This document shows positions 9,038 through 15,986 of a DNA stretch of 63,256 nt, one piece after another (position 1 is the stretch's first letter; every line of letters begins with the position of its first letter). The notes beneath the pieces were generated by a model. The model did not search any database and was not told the DNA's origin. It worked only from the letters and a program-made list of their open reading frames with translations. A program made the position numbers and the translations under genes. Source of the DNA: Micromonosporaceae bacterium (lineage in GTDB: Bacteria; Actinomycetota; Actinomycetes; Mycobacteriales; Micromonosporaceae); contig JBOGDF010000001.1 of assembly GCA_050701635.1 (NCBI GenBank), forward strand, positions 1 to 63,256, written 5' to 3'.

Positions 9038-9598
9038 TCAGCTCTCGGCTACCGGAGCGGCCGCCTCGGCGGCGGCTTTCTCGGCGACCTTGACCGCGGC
9101 GGTGACCTCCTTGGCGGGCTCGCCCTGCGGGTCGTGCGCGGGCGGCGCCGGCACCGTGGGCATCCACTCGCCGAGCCGGTCCTTCTCGTGCAGCAGGTTG
9201 CGGATGTCGTGCTCCGCGTACTCGAACTCCGGCGACCAGAACAGCGCGTCGAACGGGCAAGCCTCGATGCAGATCCCGCAGTACATGCAGAGCGAAAAGT
9301 CGATCGCGAACCGGTCCAGCACGTTCTTCTGCCGCGGCCGCGCCGCCCCCGGCGGGGTGAACTCCTCCTTGTGGGAGTCGATGTAGATGCACCAGTCCGG
9401 GCACTCCCGGGCACACAGCATGCAGACCGTGCAGTTCTCCTCGAGCAGCGCGATCACGCCCCGGGACCGCGGCGGCAGGTCCGGCTCGACATCCGGGTAC
9501 TGCTGCGTGCTGGCCCGCCGGGTCATCGTCTTGAAGGTGATGGCCAACCCCTTGGCCAACCCCAACCCCGGAAACCCCTTTGCCGGTACGCCGCTCAT
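9038..9598 (-). CDS. nuoI2: NADH-quinone oxidoreductase subunit I, paralogue 2
   Basis: Two 4Fe-4S motifs, [12 protein letters not shown] and [12 protein letters not shown]. The start is at MSGVPAKG (ATG 9598). It has an Ala/Glu-rich C-terminal tail. Confidence 0.85.
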   Translation of the reverse strand: MSGVPAKGFPGLGLAKGLAITFKTMTRRASTQQYPDVEPDLPPRSRGVIALLEENCTVCMLCARECPDWCIYIDSHKEEFTPPGAARPRQKNVLDRFAIDFSLCMYCGICIEACPFDALFWSPEFEYAEHDIRNLLHEKDRLGEWMPTVPAPPAHDPQGEPAKEVTAAVKVAEKAAAEAAAPVAES

Positions 9599-9693
9599 CC
9601 GCCCATCCTGCCTGCTGCCCCGGTGAAGGGCGAGGCCGGCCCGCCGCCAAGCCACCGCACGCCGCCGTGTGCCCGGACCGCCGGCTCGTCTGT

Positions 9694-10530
9694 TCACCGA
9701 AATCGGAGGTACGCAGCAGTCGCGTCGTCATGCCGTTTGTAGCGCGGATGTAGTTGGCCGTCGGGATCGGCGCGCTCGGCCGCCCGAACCATTGCGAGCA
9801 GGTGAGCGGGGCCATGTTCATCGAGTACGTCGAGCAGCCTTGGCCAGTCAAGAAGTCGGAAGGTCTCGACTGCGGAGGACGCCCCATCAGTCAGGAGTGC
9901 CGCCCGGCGCAGTCGACACGGCCCGCTCAGCGGCACAGAACCGGTGACAGCATGATGGGCGGCATCAGGGTTCGCAGCAGCGATCCAATAGCCACTCGGA
10001 TGGTTGATCCACCTACGCTGCGACTCCACCAACTGGCGCACCCGCCACTCTCGATTTGCACTACCAAACGCATCAGTGCCAACCAGCGCCGCTTCTCGGA
10101 CACGCTGGCTAGTCTCGTGCGGCCGAAGGTCTCTGATCACCTTCGTGGTGCCCTGGTCGAGCACGAGCGGGCTGTCACTCAGGACCAGATAGTCTGCTGA
10201 ATCCTGACGTGCACGTAGGAGACAGACGGTCGACTGGGGGCTTCCCGGGTGGTCAAGATCGCAGGTGCTGCCGTGGTCTCCCCGCGCAGCATCAATTGCG
10301 GCGGCAAGCACATCGGGCAGAGGTGCCGCATTTTGCTCCGCGTGAGCTTCGAGTAGCCGGACTCCTAGACGACGCACGTACCACGCTGGGCCGTGCAGGC
10401 AGCCAGTGTCGAGCCCCGCCGGCGCAGTAACGCCATCCAGGACGGCCACCAGGTCCGGTGCAACTACAACATGATCCTCATTGACAGCAGCGCCAGGAGA
10501 CGCGTCGGAGGCGAGCCCTACCTCCATCAC
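9694..10530 (-). CDS. PP2C-like serine/threonine phosphatase domain protein
   Basis: PP2C-type motif order: NEDHVVV, VLDGVT, LLTDGAS and a C-terminal HDDAT. The start overlaps the gntR stop (ATGA at 10527-10530). Confidence 0.55.
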   Translation of the reverse strand: MMEVGLASDASPGAAVNEDHVVVAPDLVAVLDGVTAPAGLDTGCLHGPAWYVRRLGVRLLEAHAEQNAAPLPDVLAAAIDAARGDHGSTCDLDHPGSPQSTVCLLRARQDSADYLVLSDSPLVLDQGTTKVIRDLRPHETSQRVREAALVGTDAFGSANREWRVRQLVESQRRWINHPSGYWIAAANPDAAHHAVTGSVPLSGPCRLRRAALLTDGASSAVETFRLLDWPRLLDVLDEHGPAHLLAMVRAAERADPDGQLHPRYKRHDDATAAYLRFR

Positions 10531-11315
10531 AGCGACCCTTGGTCAGCCTGCGTTGCAGTCGCGGCGTCGTCCCACCCGTACCTCAGAGTCCAAAGATGAC
10601 CAGGCATAACATGAAGCGCCACCTCGATCGGCCGGTCATCCGTCAGTGCGATGTGGACGATGTCGAACACCGGCTCAGTAGCTTCCAGCTGCAAGGTACG
10701 GCGCTCGGCGTCCGCCGGCATCCGCACGTTGACGTTCTCGACAAAGCGGGTGATCGGAAAGCCCATATCACGGAGCCGCGAATACGAACCACCCTCCCCG
10801 GTGTCTTGCCGAAGTAGAGCGCTGCCCTCCGCGATCTCCCATGGGAAGTAGCTGTCCGCGATCTGGGTGGGTTCGTCGTTGGCGTACAACACACGTCGCC
10901 GCACCAACACGTCGGCGCCTTCCGCCAGCCCAAGGGCCCGGGCTACCTCCGTGGGGGCTGGCACCCGGGTGATCTCCCGAAAGTCGATTCGGGACCGGAG
11001 GTTGAGGCTGCGAGCCTCGACATCGGCGGCGCCCATGCCCTGCTGACGGGCGCCGTACCGGGCTCTGGCGTCGCGAACAATCTGGGGGAGCGAGCGGACA
11101 TAGGTGCCGGCCCCTCGCTTGACCTTGACCAGGCCGGCGGTTCGCAGGAGGCCGATGGCGCGGTTGATCGTCACGCGGGACACGCCGAGCTCAGTTGCCA
11201 GCGCCGGCTCGCTGGGCAGCCTGGAGCCCGGTAGGTACGTGCCGTCCACGATCCGGGCCCGCAGCCAGTCGGCGATCTGCTCGTACTGAGCCTTTTGCGG
11301 TTGCACGACGGACAT
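10527..11315 (-). CDS. GntR/HutC-family transcriptional regulator (wHTH plus UTRA-like effector domain)
   Basis: N-terminal YEQIADWLRARIVDGTYLPGSRLPSEPALATELGVSRVTINRAIGLL is a GntR wHTH. The C-terminal half is HutC/UTRA-like. ATG 11315 has GGAGGG 9 nt upstream. The 37-codon extension to 11426 is unlikely to be coding. Confidence 0.8.
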   Translation of the reverse strand: MSVVQPQKAQYEQIADWLRARIVDGTYLPGSRLPSEPALATELGVSRVTINRAIGLLRTAGLVKVKRGAGTYVRSLPQIVRDARARYGARQQGMGAADVEARSLNLRSRIDFREITRVPAPTEVARALGLAEGADVLVRRRVLYANDEPTQIADSYFPWEIAEGSALLRQDTGEGGSYSRLRDMGFPITRFVENVNVRMPADAERRTLQLEATEPVFDIVHIALTDDRPIEVALHVMPGHLWTLRYGWDDAATATQADQGSL

Positions 11316-11431
11316 GCTGCCTGACCCTCCCACCTGCACGTAAGACATCAGACCGGGCACCACCATAGCCCGACATGCCGATTCCCTCTCAGGCCGCGAG
11401 CCCGTCCCCGAGCTTGACTTGGCCAACGCTG

Positions 11432-11449
11432 GTAGACAAGATGTCTTAC
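11432..11449. promoter_or_regulatory. Candidate GntR/HutC operator in the divergent intergenic region
   Basis: GTAGACAAGATGTCTTAC contains the inverted repeat AGACA-N3-TGTCT. A half-site-like GTAAGACAT recurs at 11339-11347. It lies between gntR and the divergent plus-strand cassette. Confidence 0.3.
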
Positions 11450-11493
11450 ATCTTTCTTATTGCATTTAGTGCACGGATCAACGTAAGCGGGCG

Positions 11494-11877
11494 GTGAACG
11501 ACGTGGCAGACGCTCCCCACTCTCCTGGCGGGCCTGGTGCTCGGGTTCTTGTGCGGGCTGCTGACCTTCCGGCGGAGCCTCCGGTGGTGCAGGCGGTGCG
11601 GCGAGACGCTGACCTGCCCCCGGTGTCTACCCGGCCGGAGGCACTCCGCGTGAGCGAGGCATTTCCCAAGAGACCCGCACCGCGTCACGCACCTCCGACC
11701 GCCGGCGAGATCGAGCAGGCACGGCGCGACTTCGCGCAGCACATCCCGTCCCTGTTCTCCCGGCGGTGCCTCGCGGTGGGCTGCGAGGACTGGCCCTGTC
11801 GCCGGTACCGACGAGCCGTCTCTCTGCTGGACCGCGCCGGGCTCCTCGACGTGAACGGACAGCTACGTGACGACTGA
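11494..11877 (+). CDS. Hypothetical Cys-rich small protein (gene model uncertain)
   Basis: Only the C-terminal roughly 70 aa look protein-like (EIEQARRDFAQHIPSLFSRRCLAVGCEDWPCRRY). An alternative frame (11537-11659) encodes a TM helix plus CxxC-x6-CxxC. The stop overlaps the next gene by 11 nt. Confidence 0.3.
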   Translation: MNDVADAPHSPGGPGARVLVRAADLPAEPPVVQAVRRDADLPPVSTRPEALRVSEAFPKRPAPRHAPPTAGEIEQARRDFAQHIPSLFSRRCLAVGCEDWPCRRYRRAVSLLDRAGLLDVNGQLRDD

Positions 11878-12256
11878 CCCGCGAATGTCGTACGCCGCTG
11901 GAATACTCCGAGTCGTGACAGAGAAGCTCCCCTCCCGCTGGGACGGCATCGAGGAGCTGGTGCCTGAGCGCCTCGAGGATCTCCACGGTCCGGCGCACGG
12001 GACGCTGACGCTACCGGTGGACATCTGCTGGTCCGGGCGGCGGCAGTTCGACCTCGCCAACTACAAGCACCGGCTGACCGCGTACCGGATCGTGCTCACC
12101 GCCGGTTGCCGTGAAGACGCCGAGCAGTACCTCGATGCTCGTCACCTGATCGACGACTGGCCCGACCAACGGCGGCTGCTCGGCCCGCACTATCGCCGCG
12201 CCTGGGAGTCTCGTTTTCCCGAGCTGGTTCAGCCACACCGGTCGGAAGCGCAGTAG
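11867..12256 (+). CDS. Hypothetical 129-aa protein, candidate partner of the downstream nucleotidyltransferase
   Basis: The ORF overlaps the upstream gene and ends 11 nt before the NTase gene. No HTH was recognised. Its composition is protein-like. Confidence 0.5.
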   Translation: MTTDPRMSYAAGILRVVTEKLPSRWDGIEELVPERLEDLHGPAHGTLTLPVDICWSGRRQFDLANYKHRLTAYRIVLTAGCREDAEQYLDARHLIDDWPDQRRLLGPHYRRAWESRFPELVQPHRSEAQ

Positions 12257-12267
12257 GCGGCAGCACG

Positions 12268-12966
12268 GTGGAGATGCCGCCATTTCACCAGCGGGTCGTC
12301 GAAGCGGGGTTGTCGGCCGGTCGAAGGTTTGGCCTGATCCTCGCGGGCGGCTACGCGATGCGAGCCCATGGACTGACGGAGCGGCAGAGCCAGGATCTTG
12401 ATCTGGCAACGAACGACCAGGCGCCGTTGCCCACCATCGCCGCCGAAGTTGCCGCCGCCTACCGGGCCGCAGGTTTCGACGCCGTCGTCAATCGCGCGAC
12501 CCCGCGCATGGCAAGAATCGACATCTCCGATCCGCTCACAGGGCAGTCCGTGCCGCTCGACCTCATGAAGGAGGCGCTGCAACAGCATCCTCTGTATCTC
12601 GAGCTATGCCCGGTCGTCGGGCTGGACGACGCCGTCGGGCTGAAGGTTCGTGCGATTCACGGCCGATCCATGGCGCGAGATCTCATCGACGTGGCCTCTG
12701 TAGCCGACCAGTACAGCTTCCGCGAGCTGGAGCGACTCGGCAGGATCCACGACGAGGACTTCTCCGTTATCGAGCTTGCGGGCCGACTCGAGGCTGTCTA
12801 CCTGATCGACGACGAGGACTTCACCGATTACGGGCTCAGCGAGGCGGAGATCGCCACCGTTCGCCGGTTCGCGTTGGACTGGCTGGAGGACATCAAGCAC
12901 CGCCGGGTCGCCGACGGCGACATCGATGTGGAGGTCGACGCGATGCCGTACCCCGAGTGGTATTGA
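12268..12966 (+). CDS. AbiEii/DUF1814-like nucleotidyltransferase (type IV toxin family)
   Basis: LILAGGYAMRAHGLTERQSQDLDLAT matches the GG..R.S.DxD NTase motif. GLKVRAIHGRSMARDLIDV matches the K..A...R...RD.xD motif, as remembered for AbiEii. Confidence 0.6.
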   Translation: MEMPPFHQRVVEAGLSAGRRFGLILAGGYAMRAHGLTERQSQDLDLATNDQAPLPTIAAEVAAAYRAAGFDAVVNRATPRMARIDISDPLTGQSVPLDLMKEALQQHPLYLELCPVVGLDDAVGLKVRAIHGRSMARDLIDVASVADQYSFRELERLGRIHDEDFSVIELAGRLEAVYLIDDEDFTDYGLSEAEIATVRRFALDWLEDIKHRRVADGDIDVEVDAMPYPEWY

Positions 12967-13036
12967 CGACAGGACGGCCTGAGTAGCTGTCAACTACCGG
13001 ACTGCCCGCCTACCTGGCTGCCCATACCCTCAGCGC

Positions 13037-13162
13037 ATGAACGACGAGCCGCAGGGGCAGCCATCCACCGCGACGAAGGATGCTGCGGTGATCACGTTCT
13101 GGCTCGTGGTCGCGGTCGCCGTACTCGCCGGTGGCCTTTTGTACGGCTTCTTCGGACAGTGA
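13037..13162 (+). CDS. 41-aa single-TM microprotein (below the ORF-track cutoff)
   Basis: Translation by hand gives MNDEPQGQPSTATKDAAVITFWLVVAVAVLAGGLLYGFFGQ. It ends 10 nt before the GTG of the Zn-ribbon ORF. Confidence 0.35.
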   Translation: MNDEPQGQPSTATKDAAVITFWLVVAVAVLAGGLLYGFFGQ

Positions 13163-13172
13163 CGGCAGACCG

Positions 13173-13484
13173 GTGAATCGCTGGTCCCGGTTCGTACGCG
13201 TGTGCCTCGACAAGCTGTTCGGGGAGTACGCCTTCAGCTGTCCCGAGTGCTTCCGGCGTCCCCCGACCCACATGGTCGCGTGGGGCACCGACGACCAGCC
13301 GTGGCCGGCGCGGGCCGGCGCGATGTGTGAGGCGTGCGGCGTCCGCTTCTCGCGTGCCATGCCGCTCGACACCCGGGTGGCGATCGTGCCGCTCGAGGCG
13401 CACGCCACCTACCAGAGCTGGCACGGGTACGACCCCTACAGCGGCCGCTGGCTCGGCGTACAGGACGTCACGCCGGCGGCCTGA
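13173..13484 (+). CDS. Zn-ribbon protein (CPEC...CEAC)
   Basis: This is the in-frame part of ORF 13131..13484 starting at GTG 13173. Two CxxC pairs are spaced 36 aa apart. Confidence 0.45.
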   Translation: MNRWSRFVRVCLDKLFGEYAFSCPECFRRPPTHMVAWGTDDQPWPARAGAMCEACGVRFSRAMPLDTRVAIVPLEAHATYQSWHGYDPYSGRWLGVQDVTPAA

Positions 13485-13654
13485 CGCTGATCTCCGAGCT
13501 CATCCAGGCGCAGCTGCCCATAACGCCGCGCGCGGTGACGCTCGGCGCTTCCGGCTCGATGACGCACCTCGACACCGCTTTGCCGCCGCGTCCGCGCCAT
13601 ACTGACGCCAGTTGTGCCTTTACATGACGTCACTACGGCGCCATGATGGCGTCA
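13482..13654. promoter_or_regulatory. Array of TGACGC/TGACGT motifs upstream of the RHH/DUF4097 operon
   Basis: TGACGC occurs at 13482, 13536, 13560 and 13603. TGACGTCA occurs at 13625. An inverted GCGTCA occurs at 13649-13654, abutting the ATG. The last two lie in the palindromes CATGACGTCA and CCATGA-N5-TCATGG. Confidence 0.4.
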
Positions 13655-14127
13655 TGGAACTTCAGCCGTTTGTGGAGACACTGCGTCAGGACCTCGCCGC
13701 CGCGGGGGAAGCCGCCGCCGACGACGTACGGGACGCGGCGCAGCGCCTGTCGTACGCGGTCGAGCCGTCGCTGCGACTCGCCCTGCTCGACGCGCTCGGG
13801 GCAGCGGCCACTGAGGTGTCCGCCCAACTCGATGCCGCCGCCGTCGAGGTACGGCTGCGCGGGCGCGACGCCGATCTGGTCGTGATCCAGGCCGACCAGA
13901 CGGGCGCGCCACCCCGTACGGCGCCGGCGACCGAGACCGACGAAGGCACCTCGCGAATCTCGCTGCGACTCCCCGACTCACTCAAGTCACGGGTCGAGGA
14001 GGCGGCCGCGGCCGAGGGCCTGTCGGTCAACGCGTGGCTGGTACGCGCGGTCGCCCAGACCCTCGACGGCCCGGCCGCGACCGCGTCGATCCGGGTCGGA
14101 CGCAACATCTCCGGCTGGGTCCGCTGA
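13654..14127 (+). CDS. Protein with a C-terminal ribbon-helix-helix (HicB/Arc-like) domain
   Basis: The C-terminal ISLRLPDSLKSRVEEAAAAEGLSVNAWLVRAVAQTL is an RHH. The start is at MELQPF (ATG 13654). Confidence 0.65.
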   Translation: MELQPFVETLRQDLAAAGEAAADDVRDAAQRLSYAVEPSLRLALLDALGAAATEVSAQLDAAAVEVRLRGRDADLVVIQADQTGAPPRTAPATETDEGTSRISLRLPDSLKSRVEEAAAAEGLSVNAWLVRAVAQTLDGPAATASIRVGRNISGWVR

Positions 14128-14191
14128 CCCCCGTACCACCGGCTCGGTTTCTTGCCGGGCACCCACCGCTACCAGGGAAGAAGGACGTGCC

Positions 14192-15058
14192 ATGACCTCT
14201 CACGACACCACCACCCAGCCTCGTACGTTCCCCGTCTCCGGCCCGCTCGAGCTGGCGGTACGGCTCGGCTCCGGCGTTGTCGAGGTGACCGCCGCCGACA
14301 CCGCCGAGGCGACCGTCGAGCTCACCCCGATGCGGCTCGGCGACACCGACGCGCTCGACGTGATCGCGCAGTCCCGGGTCGAGCTGCGCGGCGACTCGCT
14401 GCGGATCGACGTACCGGCGAAACATCGGATGATGCGCCGTACGCCGCCGGTACGGGTCCGGGTCACCGTGCCCACCGACAGCGCCGTCGACGCCGAGGTC
14501 GGGTCGGCCGACGTACAGATCGAGGGCGGCATCGGCACCCTCGTCGCCGAGGCCGGCTCGGGCGACCTGATCGCCGGGTCGTGCGGCGACGCCAGGATCC
14601 GTTGCGGCAGTGGCGACGTACGCATCAGCGAGTCGCAGGCGATCACGTTCAAGTCCGGCTCGGGAGATCTCACGATCGGCTGGTGCGGCGGCGACTTCAC
14701 CGTGCAATCCGGATCCGGCGACGTCAGCGTCGAGCAGGCCAGCGGCAAGGGGCACATCACCACCGCATCCGGCGACGTGGAGTTGGGCGATGTCGGGCCC
14801 TCCACCCTGGTGAAGACCGCGTCCGGCGACGTCACCGTACGCCGGGCCAGCGAAGGGGAGCTGGTCGTCAAGACGGCGTCCGGCGGCGTCACGGTGGGCG
14901 TCGCGGCCGGCACCGTGACCCGGCTGGAATGCGCGTCGGTGACCGGCCAGGTGCACTCGCAGCTCGAACCCGGCGACGCCCCCGGCGACGCCGAGCGCCG
15001 GCTGCTGGTCAACGCCCGCACCGTCACCGGCGGCATCACCATCAACCGCGTCAGCTAG
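14192..15058 (+). CDS. DUF4097-like beta-strand repeat protein
   Basis: Repeated GSGD(V/L) and ASG(D/G)V strands run throughout. An RBS-like GGAAGAAGGA lies upstream. Confidence 0.75.
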   Translation: MTSHDTTTQPRTFPVSGPLELAVRLGSGVVEVTAADTAEATVELTPMRLGDTDALDVIAQSRVELRGDSLRIDVPAKHRMMRRTPPVRVRVTVPTDSAVDAEVGSADVQIEGGIGTLVAEAGSGDLIAGSCGDARIRCGSGDVRISESQAITFKSGSGDLTIGWCGGDFTVQSGSGDVSVEQASGKGHITTASGDVELGDVGPSTLVKTASGDVTVRRASEGELVVKTASGGVTVGVAAGTVTRLECASVTGQVHSQLEPGDAPGDAERRLLVNARTVTGGITINRVS

Positions 15059-15067
15059 GAGTACGCC

Positions 15068-15262
15068 ATGCTGCCCACCAGCCAGGAAACCCTGACCGTG
15101 CACTACCAGGAACGGGACGAGCGGATCGCGGAAGCCGCGCGGCACCGTACCGCCGAGCAGATCGTCCGGGCCCGCCGCGCTCGGCGCTGGGCACAGCGCC
15201 TGGAACGGCTCGCCGCCCGCCTCGACCAGCTGGCGCAGACCCAACGCGCCCGCCTGTCCTGA
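15068..15262 (+). CDS. Small Arg-rich helical protein
   Basis: 64-aa ORF starting 9 nt after the DUF4097 gene. Its composition is coiled-coil-like. Confidence 0.4.
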   Translation: MLPTSQETLTVHYQERDERIAEAARHRTAEQIVRARRARRWAQRLERLAARLDQLAQTQRARLS

Positions 15263-15332
15263 CCGGGCAATGCCATCAGGCCGAGCAATGCCATCAGGCC
15301 GGGCTATGCCTTCAGCCGGGCTATGCCTTCAG
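15263..15332. repeat. Four tandem 17-18-bp units, including a duplicated vapC 3' end
   Basis: The units are CCGGGCAATGCCATCAGG, CCGAGCAATGCCATCAGG, CCGGGCTATGCCTTCAG and CCGGGCTATGCCTTCAG. The last unit contains the final vapC codons LKA plus TAG. Confidence 0.85.
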
Positions 15333-15695
15333 CAGTGCGACGTCGTACCGGAGGATGTCGGCGTCCCTGGTCACCAGCGTCAGCTCTTCACCGCCCGCCT
15401 GCGCCACCAGCATCCGATCGAACGGATCACGATGAAGGTGGGGCAGGCGGGCTGCAGCGATGGAGTGATCCGGCCGTACGGGAAGCATCCGGAACCAGTT
15501 GTCCATGATCAGCTCAGGCAGCGCCTGCGGCTCCACGATCTTGCCGTACGCCTGCTTGATGGCGAACTCCCAGATCGTCACCGCGCTGACGTAGACCTCG
15601 GGCTCGTCGTCGATGTAGCCCTTGAGCTCGTCGGAGAGCGTCTCGTCGTCGGTGAGCCACCAGAGCACGATGTGGCTGTCGAGCAGGAGCCTCAC
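15321..15695 (-). CDS. vapC: PIN-domain toxin VapC
   Basis: MRLLLDSHIVLWW (first acidic residue), a TIWEF block, and DPFDRMLVAQA plus TRD at the C-terminus. It overlaps the antitoxin stop by 4 nt. Confidence 0.85.
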   Translation of the reverse strand: MRLLLDSHIVLWWLTDDETLSDELKGYIDDEPEVYVSAVTIWEFAIKQAYGKIVEPQALPELIMDNWFRMLPVRPDHSIAAARLPHLHRDPFDRMLVAQAGGEELTLVTRDADILRYDVALLKA

Positions 15696-15946
15696 GACAG
15701 GGCAGAGAAGTCGCGGGCGATCTGCTCGTTCACCTCAGGCGAATCCCAGTCCGGGGCAAGCACGAGCTTGCCGCGCAACGAGCCACGGCCGGCCCGCCGC
15801 ACCGCCCGCTCGATCGGGACCACCTTGGCGACCGGCGTGCCGGCGCGGCTGAGGATGATCTCTTCGCCGTGCTCCACCCGCTCGACAATGCGAGACAGGT
15901 TGGTCTTCGCCTCGTGAATGTTGAACTGTGCCGCAGCCTCGCCCAT
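15692..15946 (-). CDS. Phd/YefM-type antitoxin
   Basis: FNIHEAKTNLSRIVERVEHGEEIILSRAGTPVAKVVP is a typical Phd/YefM N-terminal domain. ATG 15946 lies 6 nt after AAGGAGG. GTG 15949 is an alternative start. Confidence 0.8.
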   Translation of the reverse strand: MGEAAAQFNIHEAKTNLSRIVERVEHGEEIILSRAGTPVAKVVPIERAVRRAGRGSLRGKLVLAPDWDSPEVNEQIARDFSALS

Positions 15947-15949
15947 CAC

Positions 15950-15973
15950 TAACCTCCTTAGCTAAGGAGGTTA
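15950..15973. promoter_or_regulatory. Perfect 24-bp palindrome TAACCTCCTTAGCTAAGGAGGTTA containing the phd Shine-Dalgarno sequence
   Basis: Read directly from the sequence. It lies between the nuoH2 stop (15987) and the phd start. It is self-complementary over all 24 nt. Confidence 0.8.
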
Positions 15974-15986
15974 GTCCACCTGCGCC

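Noticed and set aside
11867-12256. An R-x4-H string (RLEDLH) in the 129-aa protein might indicate a HEPN toxin paired with an MNT-type nucleotidyltransferase.
   Set aside because: The motif is in the N-terminal third and not in the C-terminal helix. The NTase is AbiEii-sized (232 aa), not MNT-sized. The evidence is too weak to call.
15263-15332. Possible CRISPR array or minisatellite.
   Set aside because: The units are contiguous with no spacers, only 17-18 bp long, and there are only four of them. No cas genes are nearby. It is kept as a tandem-repeat finding.
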